A DNA stretch of 64,000 nt from Streptosporangiaceae bacterium (GCA_036497945.1 DASXIN010000023.1:54140-118139), one strand, 5' to 3'. Shown: positions 10,446 to 20,120, numbered from the stretch's first letter. Made by a program: numbers and translations. The notes: generated by a model from the letters alone, not told the origin.

Positions 10446-12446
10446 GTGAGTGGTTACCGGTACGGCGAGTACCACGACGGGCCGGACCCGCTGGCCCCGC
10501 CGTTCGATGCCCGCGGCGCCCTGGACGAGCTGGGCGACGCGGTGCTGGACGGCGCGGACCCGTCCAGCGCCCTGCGTGATCTGCTGCGCCGCGGCGTGAA
10601 CGACCGCCGCGGCCTGGATGACCTGCTCCGCCGGGTCCGTGAGCGGCAGCAGGAGATCCGCAGCCGGGGCCGCCTGGACGGCATCCTGGAGCAGGCCCGG
10701 GCGCTGCTGGACACGGCCATCGGGCAGGAGCGCGCCGAGCTGTTCCCCGACCCCAGCGACGAGGCCCGGCTGCGCGAGGACGAGCTGGACGCGCTGCCGT
10801 CCGACACCGCGCAGGCCATCCGCGAGCTGGCCGACTACAACTGGCGCAGCCCGGCCGCCCGGCAGACCTTCGAGCAGCTCAAGGACCTGCTCCGGTCCGA
10901 GGTGCTGGACAGCCAGTTCCGCGGCATGAAGGAGGTGCTGCAGCAGCCGGATCCGGAGGCCATGCAGCGGGTCAAGGACATGATGGCCGGGCTGAACTCG
11001 ATGCTGGAGAAGGACGCCCGCGGCGAGCACACCCAGGCCGACTTCGACGAGTTCATGGACCGCTACGGGGACATGTTCCCGGAGAACCCGCGCGACCTCG
11101 AGGAACTGGTGGACTCGCTGGTCCGCCGGGCCACCGCGGCGCAGCGGCTGCTCGGCTCGCTGACCGAGGGGCAGCGCGACGAGCTGGCCGCGCTGATGGA
11201 GCAGGCGCTGCAGGACGCCGGGCTGGCCGCCGAGATGGGCCGGCTGTCCGATCAGCTGCGCGCCCGGCGGCCGGAGATGGACATGGCGTCCTGGCCGGGC
11301 GACCCGATGACCGGCGACCAGCCGCTCGGCCTGAGCGACGCCACCACCGCGCTGGCCGACCTGGCCGACCTGGCCGACCTGGAGGCGGAGCTGCGCCAGG
11401 ACTACCCGGGCGCCCGGCTGGACGACATCGACGAGGCGGCCATCCGGCGCGCGCTGGGCCGCCAGGCCGTGGACGATATGGAAGCGCTCCGGCAGACCGA
11501 GCGGGAGCTGGAGCGCCAGGGATATTTGCAGCGTAACGCCGGCCAGTTGGAACTCACCCCCAAGGCGGTGCGGCGGCTCGGCGAGACCGCGCTGCGCCGG
11601 GTGTTCGCCGACCTGCCGGACGGCGGCTATGGCGACCACGAACAGCGCGATGCCGGGCAGGCCGGCGAGTACACCGGCGCCACCCGGCGCTGGGAGTTCG
11701 GCGACGAGCAGGCCATCGATGCGCCGGCCACGGTGCGCAACGCGCTGCTTCGGGACGCCGCGGCGTTCCGGCCGCGGCCGGGCGAGGATCCGGACCACTT
11801 CGAGGGCACGCCGCCGCGGGTCCGGCTGTCCGGCCGGGACTTCGAGGTCGGCGAGACGCAGCGGCGCGCCTCGGCCGCGGTCTGCCTGCTGGTCGACTTG
11901 TCCTACTCGATGGCGCTGCGCGGCACCTGGGGCGCGGCCAAGCAGACCGCGCTGGCCCTGCACGCCCTGGTGCGCAGCCGGTTCCCGCAGGACTCCATCC
12001 AGGTCATCGGGTTCTCCAACTACGCCAGGGAACTGCGCGAGACCGACCTGGCCGGGCTGGGCTGGGACATGGTCCAGGGCACCAACCTGCATCACGCCCT
12101 GGTGCTGGCTGGCCGCTACCTGGACCGGCGCCCGGAACACGACCCGGTGGTGCTGATCGTGACCGACGGCGAGCCGACCGCGCACCTGCGCCGGGACGGG
12201 CAGTCCTGGTTCGACTGGCCGCCCGCGCCGGAGACGATCCAGCTCACCTTGGCCGAGGTGGACAAGATGACCCGGCGGCATGCCTCGCTCAACGTGTTCA
12301 TGCTGGCCGAGGACGAGCGGCTGACCGATTTCGTGAACGAGGTGGCCCGGCGGAATGGCGGCCGGGTGCTTCGCGCGGTGCCGGAACGGCTCGGCGAGTT
12401 CGTGGTCCGCGACTTCCTGCGCACCCGCGGGGAGTCCCGCCGGTAG
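10446..12446 (+). CDS. von Willebrand factor A (VWA) domain protein with long acidic helical N-terminal region
   Basis: GTG start 16 nt after the ATPase stop. C-terminal VWA domain with MIDAS-like DxSxS (LLVDLSYSM) and VLIVTDGEPT. N-terminal about 450 aa are D/E/R/L-rich. Confidence 0.8.
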   Translation: MSGYRYGEYHDGPDPLAPPFDARGALDELGDAVLDGADPSSALRDLLRRGVNDRRGLDDLLRRVRERQQEIRSRGRLDGILEQARALLDTAIGQERAELFPDPSDEARLREDELDALPSDTAQAIRELADYNWRSPAARQTFEQLKDLLRSEVLDSQFRGMKEVLQQPDPEAMQRVKDMMAGLNSMLEKDARGEHTQADFDEFMDRYGDMFPENPRDLEELVDSLVRRATAAQRLLGSLTEGQRDELAALMEQALQDAGLAAEMGRLSDQLRARRPEMDMASWPGDPMTGDQPLGLSDATTALADLADLADLEAELRQDYPGARLDDIDEAAIRRALGRQAVDDMEALRQTERELERQGYLQRNAGQLELTPKAVRRLGETALRRVFADLPDGGYGDHEQRDAGQAGEYTGATRRWEFGDEQAIDAPATVRNALLRDAAAFRPRPGEDPDHFEGTPPRVRLSGRDFEVGETQRRASAAVCLLVDLSYSMALRGTWGAAKQTALALHALVRSRFPQDSIQVIGFSNYARELRETDLAGLGWDMVQGTNLHHALVLAGRYLDRRPEHDPVVLIVTDGEPTAHLRRDGQSWFDWPPAPETIQLTLAEVDKMTRRHASLNVFMLAEDERLTDFVNEVARRNGGRVLRAVPERLGEFVVRDFLRTRGESRR

Positions 12447-12642
12447 GTCATGCCCGGGTCAACGGTTCATCCCGGAACGACCGATAGGTCACACCCAGGG
12501 ATACCGGGGATAGATTTTGCTTTACGGCTTTTGTGAGCTTCCCGCAGCGCCCCGGCGGCCGTAGTAGCGTGCGGCAGTTACCGCATCGGTGGGCCAAACG
12601 CGCGGCAGCCGGATTTGGCCCGCATCTCTCTAGGAGGCCTAC

Positions 12643-12909
12643 GTGAGCGCTGTGACCGAATCAGGACCAAGAACGTCGGGCCGGAAGCCCGCGGTGCTGA
12701 TTCTCTGGATCCTCGCGGTGCTGTTCCTGCTCCTCGCGATCGTGTACCTGGCGGTGCCGGCCAAGGACCTGCCGGGCTTCATCGGCCACATCAAGAACGG
12801 CGGCGCCGGCAAGCACGACCTGCGGATGGCTATCTCGTTCGTGATCGCCATCGCGTGCGGCGCGGCCGCCTGGTTCGTCAGCCGGGGCGGCAAGTCGGCC
12901 AGCAAGTAG
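12643..12909 (+). CDS. small membrane protein (two TM helices)
   Basis: GTG start 7 nt after the TAGGAGG Shine-Dalgarno. VLILWILAVLFLLLAIVYLAV and AISFVIAIACGAAAWFV hydrophobic segments. Followed by a strong hairpin. Confidence 0.65.
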   Translation: MSAVTESGPRTSGRKPAVLILWILAVLFLLLAIVYLAVPAKDLPGFIGHIKNGGAGKHDLRMAISFVIAIACGAAAWFVSRGGKSASK

Positions 12910-12932
12910 CCGGGCTGCACCGTCCTGTCCCG

Positions 12933-12963
12933 GAGCGGCCCCCGGCTTAGCCGGGGGCCGCTC
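12933..12963. terminator. GC-rich hairpin after the small membrane gene
   Basis: GAGCGGCCCCCGGC-TTA-GCCGGGGGCCGCTC, a 14-bp perfect stem. No U-tract, which is common in actinobacteria. Confidence 0.55.
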
Positions 12964-12994
12964 TGGGACCTGCGGTTACCCCTAGGATCAGGGC

Positions 12995-13600
12995 ATGTCT
13001 TTCACCGAGCGGCTGCTGGTATGGCTGCACGTCGCGTTCGTCGTTTTCGCCATTGGCCCGGTCACCATCGCGACCATGTCGACCCCGCGTTACATCCGGG
13101 CCGGCAACATCGGCGTGCTGCGCTACCTGTCCCGGATGACCCGGATATTCGGCGCGGCCTCGCTCGGCGTTCTGCTTTTCGGCATCATCGCAGGCCAGTC
13201 GCTGCACAAGATGGCGCAAGCCTGGATCACCGCGTCGCTGACGCTGTTCGTCGTCGCGCTGGTCCTGCTGGTCCTGATCATCCGGGATCAGGGCCGGGCC
13301 ATCGGCGCTCTGGAAGCCGCCCAGGTCCCGGGGGCAGAGTCCGACGCCGCGGACCCGGCCGCGGGGTCGGCGCTGGCCGAGACCGCCGCGGGCGGCGCCG
13401 CGCCCACCGCGGCCGATGTGGAGCCCGCCCCGGCCGAGCCGGCCCCGGGGGCCGCCGCCGGGGCCGCCGCCGCGGCCACCGCCACCCGGGCGTCCGCCGC
13501 GCACCTGGCCAGCGTGGAGCGCGGCCGGATCGCGTCCATGGCCGGCGTGGTCAGCCTGATCTGGCTGGTCATCCTGGCCTTGATGATCTGGAACAGCTAG
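12995..13600 (+). CDS. integral membrane protein (about 4 TM) with an Ala/Pro-rich insert
   Basis: 201 aa with hydrophobic helices at both ends and an AAxPAAG low-complexity middle. Its TAG stop overlaps the metB stop through the palindrome CTAG (13597-13600). Confidence 0.7.
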   Translation: MSFTERLLVWLHVAFVVFAIGPVTIATMSTPRYIRAGNIGVLRYLSRMTRIFGAASLGVLLFGIIAGQSLHKMAQAWITASLTLFVVALVLLVLIIRDQGRAIGALEAAQVPGAESDAADPAAGSALAETAAGGAAPTAADVEPAPAEPAPGAAAGAAAAATATRASAAHLASVERGRIASMAGVVSLIWLVILALMIWNS

Positions 13601-14778
13601 CTCAGCGCCTGCCGCAGGTCCTCGAGCAGGTCCTCGGCGGTCTCGATGCCGACCGACAGCCGGACCAGGTCGGCGGGCACCTCGAGCGGCGACCCGGCCG
13701 CTGAGGCGTGCGTCATCCGGCCCGGGTGCTCGATCAGCGACTCCACCCCGCCTAGCGACTCGCCCAGGGTGAACAGCTGGGTCCGGCCGCACACCGCGAC
13801 CGCGGCCGCCTCGCCGCCGCGCACCCGGAACGACACCATCCCGCCGAAGCCGCGCATCTGTTTGGCCGCCACCTCGTGGCCGGGGTGCCCCGGCAGGCCC
13901 GGGTACAGCACCTCGGTCACCGCCGGATGCGCGGCCAGCATGTCGGCCACCCGGGCGGCGTTCTGCCCGTGCCGGTCCATCCGGACGGCCAGGGTCCTGA
14001 TCCCGCGCAACGCCAGCCAGGCGTCGAACGGCCCTGCTATGGCGCCGGTGGCGTTCTGCAAGAAAGGGATCTGCTCGCTGAGCGGGCCGCGAGCACCGGC
14101 CACCCCGGCCGTGATGACCAGTGCCCCGCCGACCACGTCGGAGTGGCCGCCGAGGTACTTCGTGGTGGAGTGCACCACTGCGTCCGCACCCAGCGCCAGC
14201 GGCTGCTGCAGGTACGGCGAGGCGAACGTGTTGTCCACCACCAGCAGCGCCCCCGCGTCGTGCGCCAGCTGGGCCAGCGCGCTGATGTTCGCGATGGACA
14301 GCAGCGGGTTGGTCGGCGTCTCGGCCCACAGCAGCCGGGCCGGCCGCTCGGCCAGCGCGTCGCGCACCGCCCGGGTGTCGGACAGGTGCACCGGGCGGTA
14401 GCTGATCCCCCAGCCGGCCAGCACCTTGGCGAACAGCCGGAACGTCCCGCCGTAGGCGTCGTCCGGGATGAGCACGTGATCGCCGGGCGCGCAGGCCGCG
14501 CGGACCAGGCAGTCCTCGGCCGCCATCCCGGACGCGAACGCGAAGGCCCGCGCGCCGCCTTCCAGCGCGGCCAGGCATTCCTCGAGTGCGCCCCGGGTGG
14601 GGTTGGCGGTCCGCGAGTACTCGTAGCCCTCGCGCAGACCGCCCACCCCGTCCTGCTTGTAGGTCGACACCTGGTAGATCGGCGGGACCACCGCCCCGGT
14701 CCGCGGGTCGGCCTGCTGCCCCGCATGGATGGCCCGGGTCTCGAATCCGCCGGCAGACTTGATCGTCACCCAGGACAC
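13597..14778 (-). CDS. metB: cystathionine gamma-synthase/gamma-lyase (Cys/Met-metabolism PLP enzyme)
   Basis: GFETRAIHAGQ N-terminal motif and PLP-lysine region HSTTKYLGGHSDVVGG, 393 aa. Confidence 0.9.
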   Translation of the reverse strand: MSWVTIKSAGGFETRAIHAGQQADPRTGAVVPPIYQVSTYKQDGVGGLREGYEYSRTANPTRGALEECLAALEGGARAFAFASGMAAEDCLVRAACAPGDHVLIPDDAYGGTFRLFAKVLAGWGISYRPVHLSDTRAVRDALAERPARLLWAETPTNPLLSIANISALAQLAHDAGALLVVDNTFASPYLQQPLALGADAVVHSTTKYLGGHSDVVGGALVITAGVAGARGPLSEQIPFLQNATGAIAGPFDAWLALRGIRTLAVRMDRHGQNAARVADMLAAHPAVTEVLYPGLPGHPGHEVAAKQMRGFGGMVSFRVRGGEAAAVAVCGRTQLFTLGESLGGVESLIEHPGRMTHASAAGSPLEVPADLVRLSVGIETAEDLLEDLRQALS

Positions 14779-14792
14779 TCTGTCACAGCTGG

Positions 14793-16631
14793 TCAGCCGT
14801 TGCCGGGCCGGCCGCGCGAGCCGCCTTGGTGGTGGTCACCGTGGCCGCCGCCGGAGTCGCCATGCCCGTTGCCGGACCCACCGGGCCCGCCGGAACCGGA
14901 CCCATTGGACGCACCGGAACCAGACCCACTGGTCCCATTGGACCCAGCGGAGTCTGATCCACCGCTTGTCCCGGCCGGCTTGGACCGGCTGGCCGGCCGG
15001 CCGGACGGCCCGCCCGCCAGTTCGACCAGCGGGAAGGCCCGGTGCCGCCGGGGCGGGACCAGGAAGTTCTGCCGCCGGGTCACGGTGATGAACCGCTCCA
15101 GGCCGTTGTCGTCGGTCGAGCCGGCCAGGAACTGCTTCTGCAACTGCTGTGCGGCCTGCGCGATGCGCATCCGGGCGAACAGGTCCGCGGTCGGCACGTA
15201 GATGAGGAACTGCAGCTTGAACTGATTGCTGCCGGCCGGCACCTCCACCCCGGTCGGCCCCGGGAAGGTGCGGAAGGCGGGCACGTCCATGCCGTCCAGC
15301 CCAGGGCCGTCCGCCCGGATGTGCAGCGGGGTGCCGTCGGCCGCCCGGGACACCTGCTGCAGCGCCGCCTCGTGACCGATCCGGTGCTCGCCGGTGAACG
15401 TGGCGCCGAGCCGGGCGTTGCCCGGGGTGAACTTGCCGTGACTGCCCCGGGCCCCGAGCAGCGCGGCCGCGGTGCCCTGGAACACGTTGTTGATGAACGC
15501 CGGGCCGCCGCCGTCGCGGAACTGCTCGGCGTGGCCCACCGAGGGGATCCCCCTAGTCGTGCCGAGCTGGTTGGAGCGGAACATGTACTGGCACCGCTCG
15601 GTGAACGGCTCCCCGTCCGGGTGCCGCGGGTCCTGCCTGGGCAGCGCGTAGAACTGGTACAGGTCCTCGATCACGTGCGAGAAGTGGGCGATCGAGCCGT
15701 TGTCGAAGTAGTCGCCGGGCTGTGCGCTGGTCAGCCTGGCCGTCGAGTTGCCCGCGAACGTGACGATCGCGGCCGGGCCGGACGCGTTGCTCTGCTGGTC
15801 CACGAACCCCATCGCCATCGGCGAGTCGGGGTTGATCCGGGACGCGAACTCGAAGCCGTGCTGGTCGGCCAGCTTGCGCGGCAGGCCCGGCTGGAGGAAC
15901 TGGACGCGCGGCGGCTGGAAGCTGAGCAGCCCGCCGAAGTCGGGCGAGGGCACCTGCTGGCCGTTCAGGTCGTTGCTGCCCTGCAGCCACAGCGACACCG
16001 CGGTCAGCTTGGTCAGCGAGTCGCTGCGCAGGTGGAACAGCATGTCGCTGGATTCGATCAGCAGGTCCACGTTGAACCGGTCCTTGGTGATGCCGGGCAC
16101 GATCGCGCCCGGGCCGCCGACCAGGCCGTCCACCACGTCGGTGGGGAACGGGATCGCCTCTTCGAGCACCGGGCGGCTCGGGTCCGACAGCAGCGTCGGC
16201 ATGTGCTGGCTGACCAGCGCCTGGGGCAGCCGGCTGAAATACGGCAGGCCATAGGACACCGAGAAGATCAGCACGCCCGCCGGGCTGGCCGGGAAACTGG
16301 CCTCGATCGTGTCCAGCGCCTTAGCCAGCGCGGCCTGGTCGGCAACCGTCGGCGTACGGGTCAGCACGACGGGCAGGAACAGCGTGTAGACGGGCGGGAA
16401 CTGCGCAGTGACGTTACCCGCGCCGTCGTTGAAGACCTGCGCCGGGTTGATGAAGGCGCCCAGGTCGAACTGGATATCGGGGAATGCGGCCGTGGCTGGG
16501 GACGGCCGCTTGGGCGCCCAGCCGATCCGCTCGAACAGCACCGCCTGGGAGATCAGGAAGGCGGTGGCCCCGCCTCCCTTGAGGGCGGATCGCCGGCTCA
16601 GTATTACGCCCTTCAGCTCCGCTGCGTCCAT
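14793..16631 (-). CDS. Tat-exported protein, distantly DyP-type-peroxidase-like, with C-terminal Gly/Ser/His-rich tail
   Basis: ATG 16631 preceded by AAGGAGGAAAGGAC. Twin-arginine motif SRRSALKGGGATAF. MGFVDQQSN resembles the DyP GxxDG region. C-terminus GSGNGHGDSGGGHGDHHQGG. The fold assignment is an inference. Confidence 0.75.
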   Translation of the reverse strand: MDAAELKGVILSRRSALKGGGATAFLISQAVLFERIGWAPKRPSPATAAFPDIQFDLGAFINPAQVFNDGAGNVTAQFPPVYTLFLPVVLTRTPTVADQAALAKALDTIEASFPASPAGVLIFSVSYGLPYFSRLPQALVSQHMPTLLSDPSRPVLEEAIPFPTDVVDGLVGGPGAIVPGITKDRFNVDLLIESSDMLFHLRSDSLTKLTAVSLWLQGSNDLNGQQVPSPDFGGLLSFQPPRVQFLQPGLPRKLADQHGFEFASRINPDSPMAMGFVDQQSNASGPAAIVTFAGNSTARLTSAQPGDYFDNGSIAHFSHVIEDLYQFYALPRQDPRHPDGEPFTERCQYMFRSNQLGTTRGIPSVGHAEQFRDGGGPAFINNVFQGTAAALLGARGSHGKFTPGNARLGATFTGEHRIGHEAALQQVSRAADGTPLHIRADGPGLDGMDVPAFRTFPGPTGVEVPAGSNQFKLQFLIYVPTADLFARMRIAQAAQQLQKQFLAGSTDDNGLERFITVTRRQNFLVPPRRHRAFPLVELAGGPSGRPASRSKPAGTSGGSDSAGSNGTSGSGSGASNGSGSGGPGGSGNGHGDSGGGHGDHHQGGSRGRPGNG

Positions 16632-16858
16632 GTCCTTTCCTCCTTGGGATGACGGCGCCGCCGTCGGCGGCCGGCGCCGTTCCGGGACGTGACAGTGCAG
16701 GCGTGGGAGGCCTGCAGGGCCCGCCCGCCGTACCGTGCGCCCGGCACCCGTGTGATCCCGGTGAGCGGAATCGAGGTGCATCTCCCTCGGGTCGGCGGCG
16801 GGTAAGAGACCGCGGTTAGCATCAAATGTGACGCGCATCGTGACCGGCGCTGGCGAGC

Positions 16859-16874
16859 ATGACAATTTTGTCAT
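16859..16874. promoter_or_regulatory. perfect 16-bp palindrome ATGACAATTTTGTCAT in the low-GC leader of the Tat-exported gene
   Basis: ATGACAA/TTGTCAT arms around TT, about 230 bp upstream of the ATG. The surrounding 16875-17160 region is visibly AT-richer than the genome. Confidence 0.3.
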
Positions 16875-17160
16875 CCGGGGAAGAACTGTCCGGGGCGTTC
16901 ATTTTGCGGCCCGGCGGTCCATTACAAGGACGCGCTGACCAGGGCAGACCTTGACTACCGTCTGATAACTCAGGTACTGCCGGCCGAATAATATAGGGTA
17001 GAGTCAAATTAAGGCTGGGCAGTTTCGGTCAGCGACCAGAATTAATACTCCGGAGGCCGGGTCGCCTTTCCTGTAACATTGACAGCACAGGTAACGCGTA
17101 TCACAGATCGGAATCTCGGCCCTTTTAGCGGGCAAATACCTCAGCCAGGCGGCTACCGGA

Positions 17161-18552
17161 TCATTGGCTGCTGGCCAGGAAGCCGAGCACGTCCTGCGGC
17201 GTGATCATGCCAGACGGCTTGCCGTCCACCAGCACCAGGGCCGCCCCGGACTGCTCCAGCGGGCCGAGTACCTGGCTGAGCGATTCGCCGGAGCCCACCA
17301 TGGGCAGCGGCGCCGACATGTGACTCTCCAGTGCGTCCTGCGGCCGGGCCCGGCCGGACACCAGCGCGTCCAGCAGGTCGCGTTCCACGATCGAGCCGAC
17401 CACCTCGGCCACCATGACCGGTGGCTCCTCCTTCATCACCGGCAGCTGGGACACGTTGTACTCACGGAGCAGGTCGATGGCGGCGGCCACGGTCTCCTCC
17501 GGATGCGCGTGCACGAACTCGGGCATCCCGGGCTGCTTCCGGGCCAGCACGTCGGCCACCTTCGGCTCGGTGGTCTCCGCGGTGAGGAAGCCGTAGTCGG
17601 CCATCCACTCGTCGTTGAAGATCTTGGACAGATAGCCGCGGCCAGTGTCCGGCAGCAGCACCACGATCACGTCCCCCTCGGCGGCGGCCGCCGCGACACG
17701 CAGCGCGGCCACCACGGCCAGCCCGCATGAGCCGCCGGTGAGCAGCGCCTCCTCGCGGGCCAGCCGCCGGGTCATCAGGAACGACTCGGCGTCGCTGACC
17801 GCGATCACCTCGTCGCACACGGCCGGGTCGTAGTTGGGCGGCCACAGGTCCTCGCCGACCCCCTCGACCAGGTACGGGCGGCCGGTCCCGCCGGAGTACA
17901 CCGAGCCTTCCGGGTCGGCCCCAATGACCCGGACCCGCCCGCCGGACACCTCCTTGAGGTAGCGGCCGGTGCCGGTGATGGTGCCCCCGGTGCCGATGCC
18001 CGCCACGAAGTGGGTGACCTGGCCGTCAGTCTGCGCCCAGATCTCCGGGCCGGTCGAGTGATAGTGCGAGGCCGGGTTCTCCGGGTTGGCGTACTGGTCG
18101 GGTTTCCAGCCACCCGGGGTCTGGCTGGCCAGCCGGGTGGACACCGAGTAGTAGGAGTCCGGGTGCTCCGGCGGCACCGATCCGGGACAGACGACTACCT
18201 CGGCGCCGTAGGCGCGGAGCACGCCGATCTTGTCCGCGCCGACCTTGTCCGGGCAGACGAACAGGCAGCGATAGCCCTTCTGCGCGGCCACGATGGCCAG
18301 CCCGACCCCGGTGTTGCCGGACGTCGGCTCGATGATGGTGCCGCCGGGCTGGAGCGCGCCGGACGCCTCCGCCGCCTGCACCATGCGCAGCGCGATCCGG
18401 TCCTTGACCGAGCCGCCCGGGTTGAAGTACTCGACCTTGGCCAGCACGGCGGGCTGGTGGCCGCCGCCCACCTCCCGGGTCACCGTGCCCAGCCGGACCA
18501 GCGGCGTGTTGCCGACCAGTTCGATCAGGGATTCGTGCACCTGCATCGCCAA
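17161..18552 (-). CDS. cbs: cystathionine beta-synthase (PLP domain plus CBS pair)
   Basis: GGSVKDR and SGNTG PLP motifs. C-terminal tandem CBS domains, 463 aa. Confidence 0.92.
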   Translation of the reverse strand: MAMQVHESLIELVGNTPLVRLGTVTREVGGGHQPAVLAKVEYFNPGGSVKDRIALRMVQAAEASGALQPGGTIIEPTSGNTGVGLAIVAAQKGYRCLFVCPDKVGADKIGVLRAYGAEVVVCPGSVPPEHPDSYYSVSTRLASQTPGGWKPDQYANPENPASHYHSTGPEIWAQTDGQVTHFVAGIGTGGTITGTGRYLKEVSGGRVRVIGADPEGSVYSGGTGRPYLVEGVGEDLWPPNYDPAVCDEVIAVSDAESFLMTRRLAREEALLTGGSCGLAVVAALRVAAAAAEGDVIVVLLPDTGRGYLSKIFNDEWMADYGFLTAETTEPKVADVLARKQPGMPEFVHAHPEETVAAAIDLLREYNVSQLPVMKEEPPVMVAEVVGSIVERDLLDALVSGRARPQDALESHMSAPLPMVGSGESLSQVLGPLEQSGAALVLVDGKPSGMITPQDVLGFLASSQ

Positions 18553-18686
18553 CCACCTCGGCCGATCTGACCTGCACTGATCATTGACGCTATCCCACCG
18601 GCGTGGTGTTCCTGTCCCGCCGGACCGCCGAGGCTACCGCACCCGGCTGCACCCAGGGATTATGGGGGCAGCAACATGCCGTAAGC

Positions 18687-18698
18687 TACTGATCAGTA
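18687..18698. promoter_or_regulatory. perfect 12-bp palindrome TACTGATCAGTA upstream of the thiolase gene
   Basis: Lies 26 nt upstream of ATG 18724 in the cbs/thiolase divergent region. A related ACTGATCA occurs at 18576-18583. Confidence 0.35.
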
Positions 18699-18723
18699 AT
18701 CAGCGTCAGCAAGGGAGCTCGCC

Positions 18724-19944
18724 ATGCCCGAGGCCGTCATTGTCGCTACCGCCCGGTCCCCGATCGGCCGTGCGTTCAAGGGGTCGCTGACCTCCATCCG
18801 CCCCGACGACCTGACCTGCCAGCTGATTACCGCAGCACTGGCCAAGGTCCCGCAGCTCAGCTCGGACGACATCGACGACCTGATGCTCGGCTGCGGGCTG
18901 CCCGGCGGCGAGCAGGGCTTCAACATGGCCCGGGTGGTCGCCGTCATGCTCGGCTATGACAACCTCCCCGGCACCACGATCACCCGGTACTGCTCCTCGT
19001 CGCTGCAGACCACCCGGATGGCCTTTCACGCCATCAAGGCAGGCGAGGGTGACGTGTTCATCTCGGCCGGCGTTGAGTGTGTCAGCCGGTTCGCGCACGG
19101 CAGCAGCGACAGCTGGCCGGACACGCACAACGCGGTGTTCGCCGACGCCGAGGCCCGGTCCGTGCAGCGCGCCGAAGCCGGCGCCCCGGTCTGGCACAAC
19201 CCGCGCGAGAACGGCGCCATCCCGGACATCTACATCGCGATGGGCCAGACCGCGGAGAACCTGGCCCAGCTGCGTGGGATCACCCGGGCCGAGCAGGACG
19301 AGTTCGGCGTCCGGTCGCAGAACCTGGCCGAGAAGGCGCTGGCCAACGGGTTCTGGCAGCGGGACATCACCCCGGTCACGCTGCCCGACGGCACCGAGGT
19401 GAGCGCGGACGACGGCCCGCGGCCGGGCACCACTCTGGAGAAGGTGGCCGGGCTGAAGCCGGTGTTCCGGCCGGATGGCACGGTCACCGCCGGCAACTGC
19501 TGCCCGCTCAACGACGGCGCGGCCGCGGTCGTAGTGATGAGCGACGTCAAGGCGGCCGAGCTCGGCATCACCCCGCTGGCCCGGATCGTCTCCACCGGGG
19601 TGACCGCGCTGTCCCCTGAGATCATGGGCCTCGGCCCGGTGCAGGCCTCCCGCCAGGCACTCAGCCGGGCCGGGATGACCATCGACGACATCGACCTGGT
19701 GGAGATGAACGAGGCGTTCGCCGCCCAGGTCATCCCGTCCTACCAGGACCTGGGCATCGACAGTGACAAGCTCAACGTGAACGGCGGGGCGATCGCGGTC
19801 GGCCACCCGTTCGGCATGACCGGCGCCCGGATCACCTCCACGCTGCTGAACGGCCTGGCCTTCCACGACAAGACGTTCGGCCTGGAGACCATGTGCGTGG
19901 GGGGCGGCCAAGGCATGGCGATGATCGTCGAGCGGCTGAGCTGA
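18724..19944 (+). CDS. acetyl-CoA C-acetyltransferase (thiolase)
   Basis: Active-site region TRYCSSSLQ, NEAFAAQ, and C-terminal CVGGGQGMA, 406 aa. Confidence 0.92.
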   Translation: MPEAVIVATARSPIGRAFKGSLTSIRPDDLTCQLITAALAKVPQLSSDDIDDLMLGCGLPGGEQGFNMARVVAVMLGYDNLPGTTITRYCSSSLQTTRMAFHAIKAGEGDVFISAGVECVSRFAHGSSDSWPDTHNAVFADAEARSVQRAEAGAPVWHNPRENGAIPDIYIAMGQTAENLAQLRGITRAEQDEFGVRSQNLAEKALANGFWQRDITPVTLPDGTEVSADDGPRPGTTLEKVAGLKPVFRPDGTVTAGNCCPLNDGAAAVVVMSDVKAAELGITPLARIVSTGVTALSPEIMGLGPVQASRQALSRAGMTIDDIDLVEMNEAFAAQVIPSYQDLGIDSDKLNVNGGAIAVGHPFGMTGARITSTLLNGLAFHDKTFGLETMCVGGGQGMAMIVERLS

Positions 19945-20120
19945 GCTGCTGTTCGCGGTGCCCTGACCGGCTCAGCGCACCGCGGGCCGGACGGTACCGT
20001 CCCAGGCGACAACCCCGTTACCAGGGACCAACCGGAACATTGCGGAAGGATAACGCTGGGGGGTTGTCAGCGGCCTGCCGGTAGGGCACTCTCAACTCCA
20101 AGAGCAGTTCGCCCCTGGAG

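Noticed and set aside
13594-13603. Identical GCTAGCTCAGC context at two convergent gene ends (13597 and 37848), considered as a shared motif
   Set aside because: Both cases are explained by two genes ending in ..LS* read against a TAG stop on the other strand. With only two occurrences of about 10 nt, coincidence is sufficient.
16632-16874. 81-codon upstream extension of the Tat-exported protein ORF (MTKLSCSP...)
   Set aside because: ATG 16631 has a strong AAGGAGGA Shine-Dalgarno and places the twin-arginine motif at the normal distance from the N-terminus. The extension has no signal-like features.
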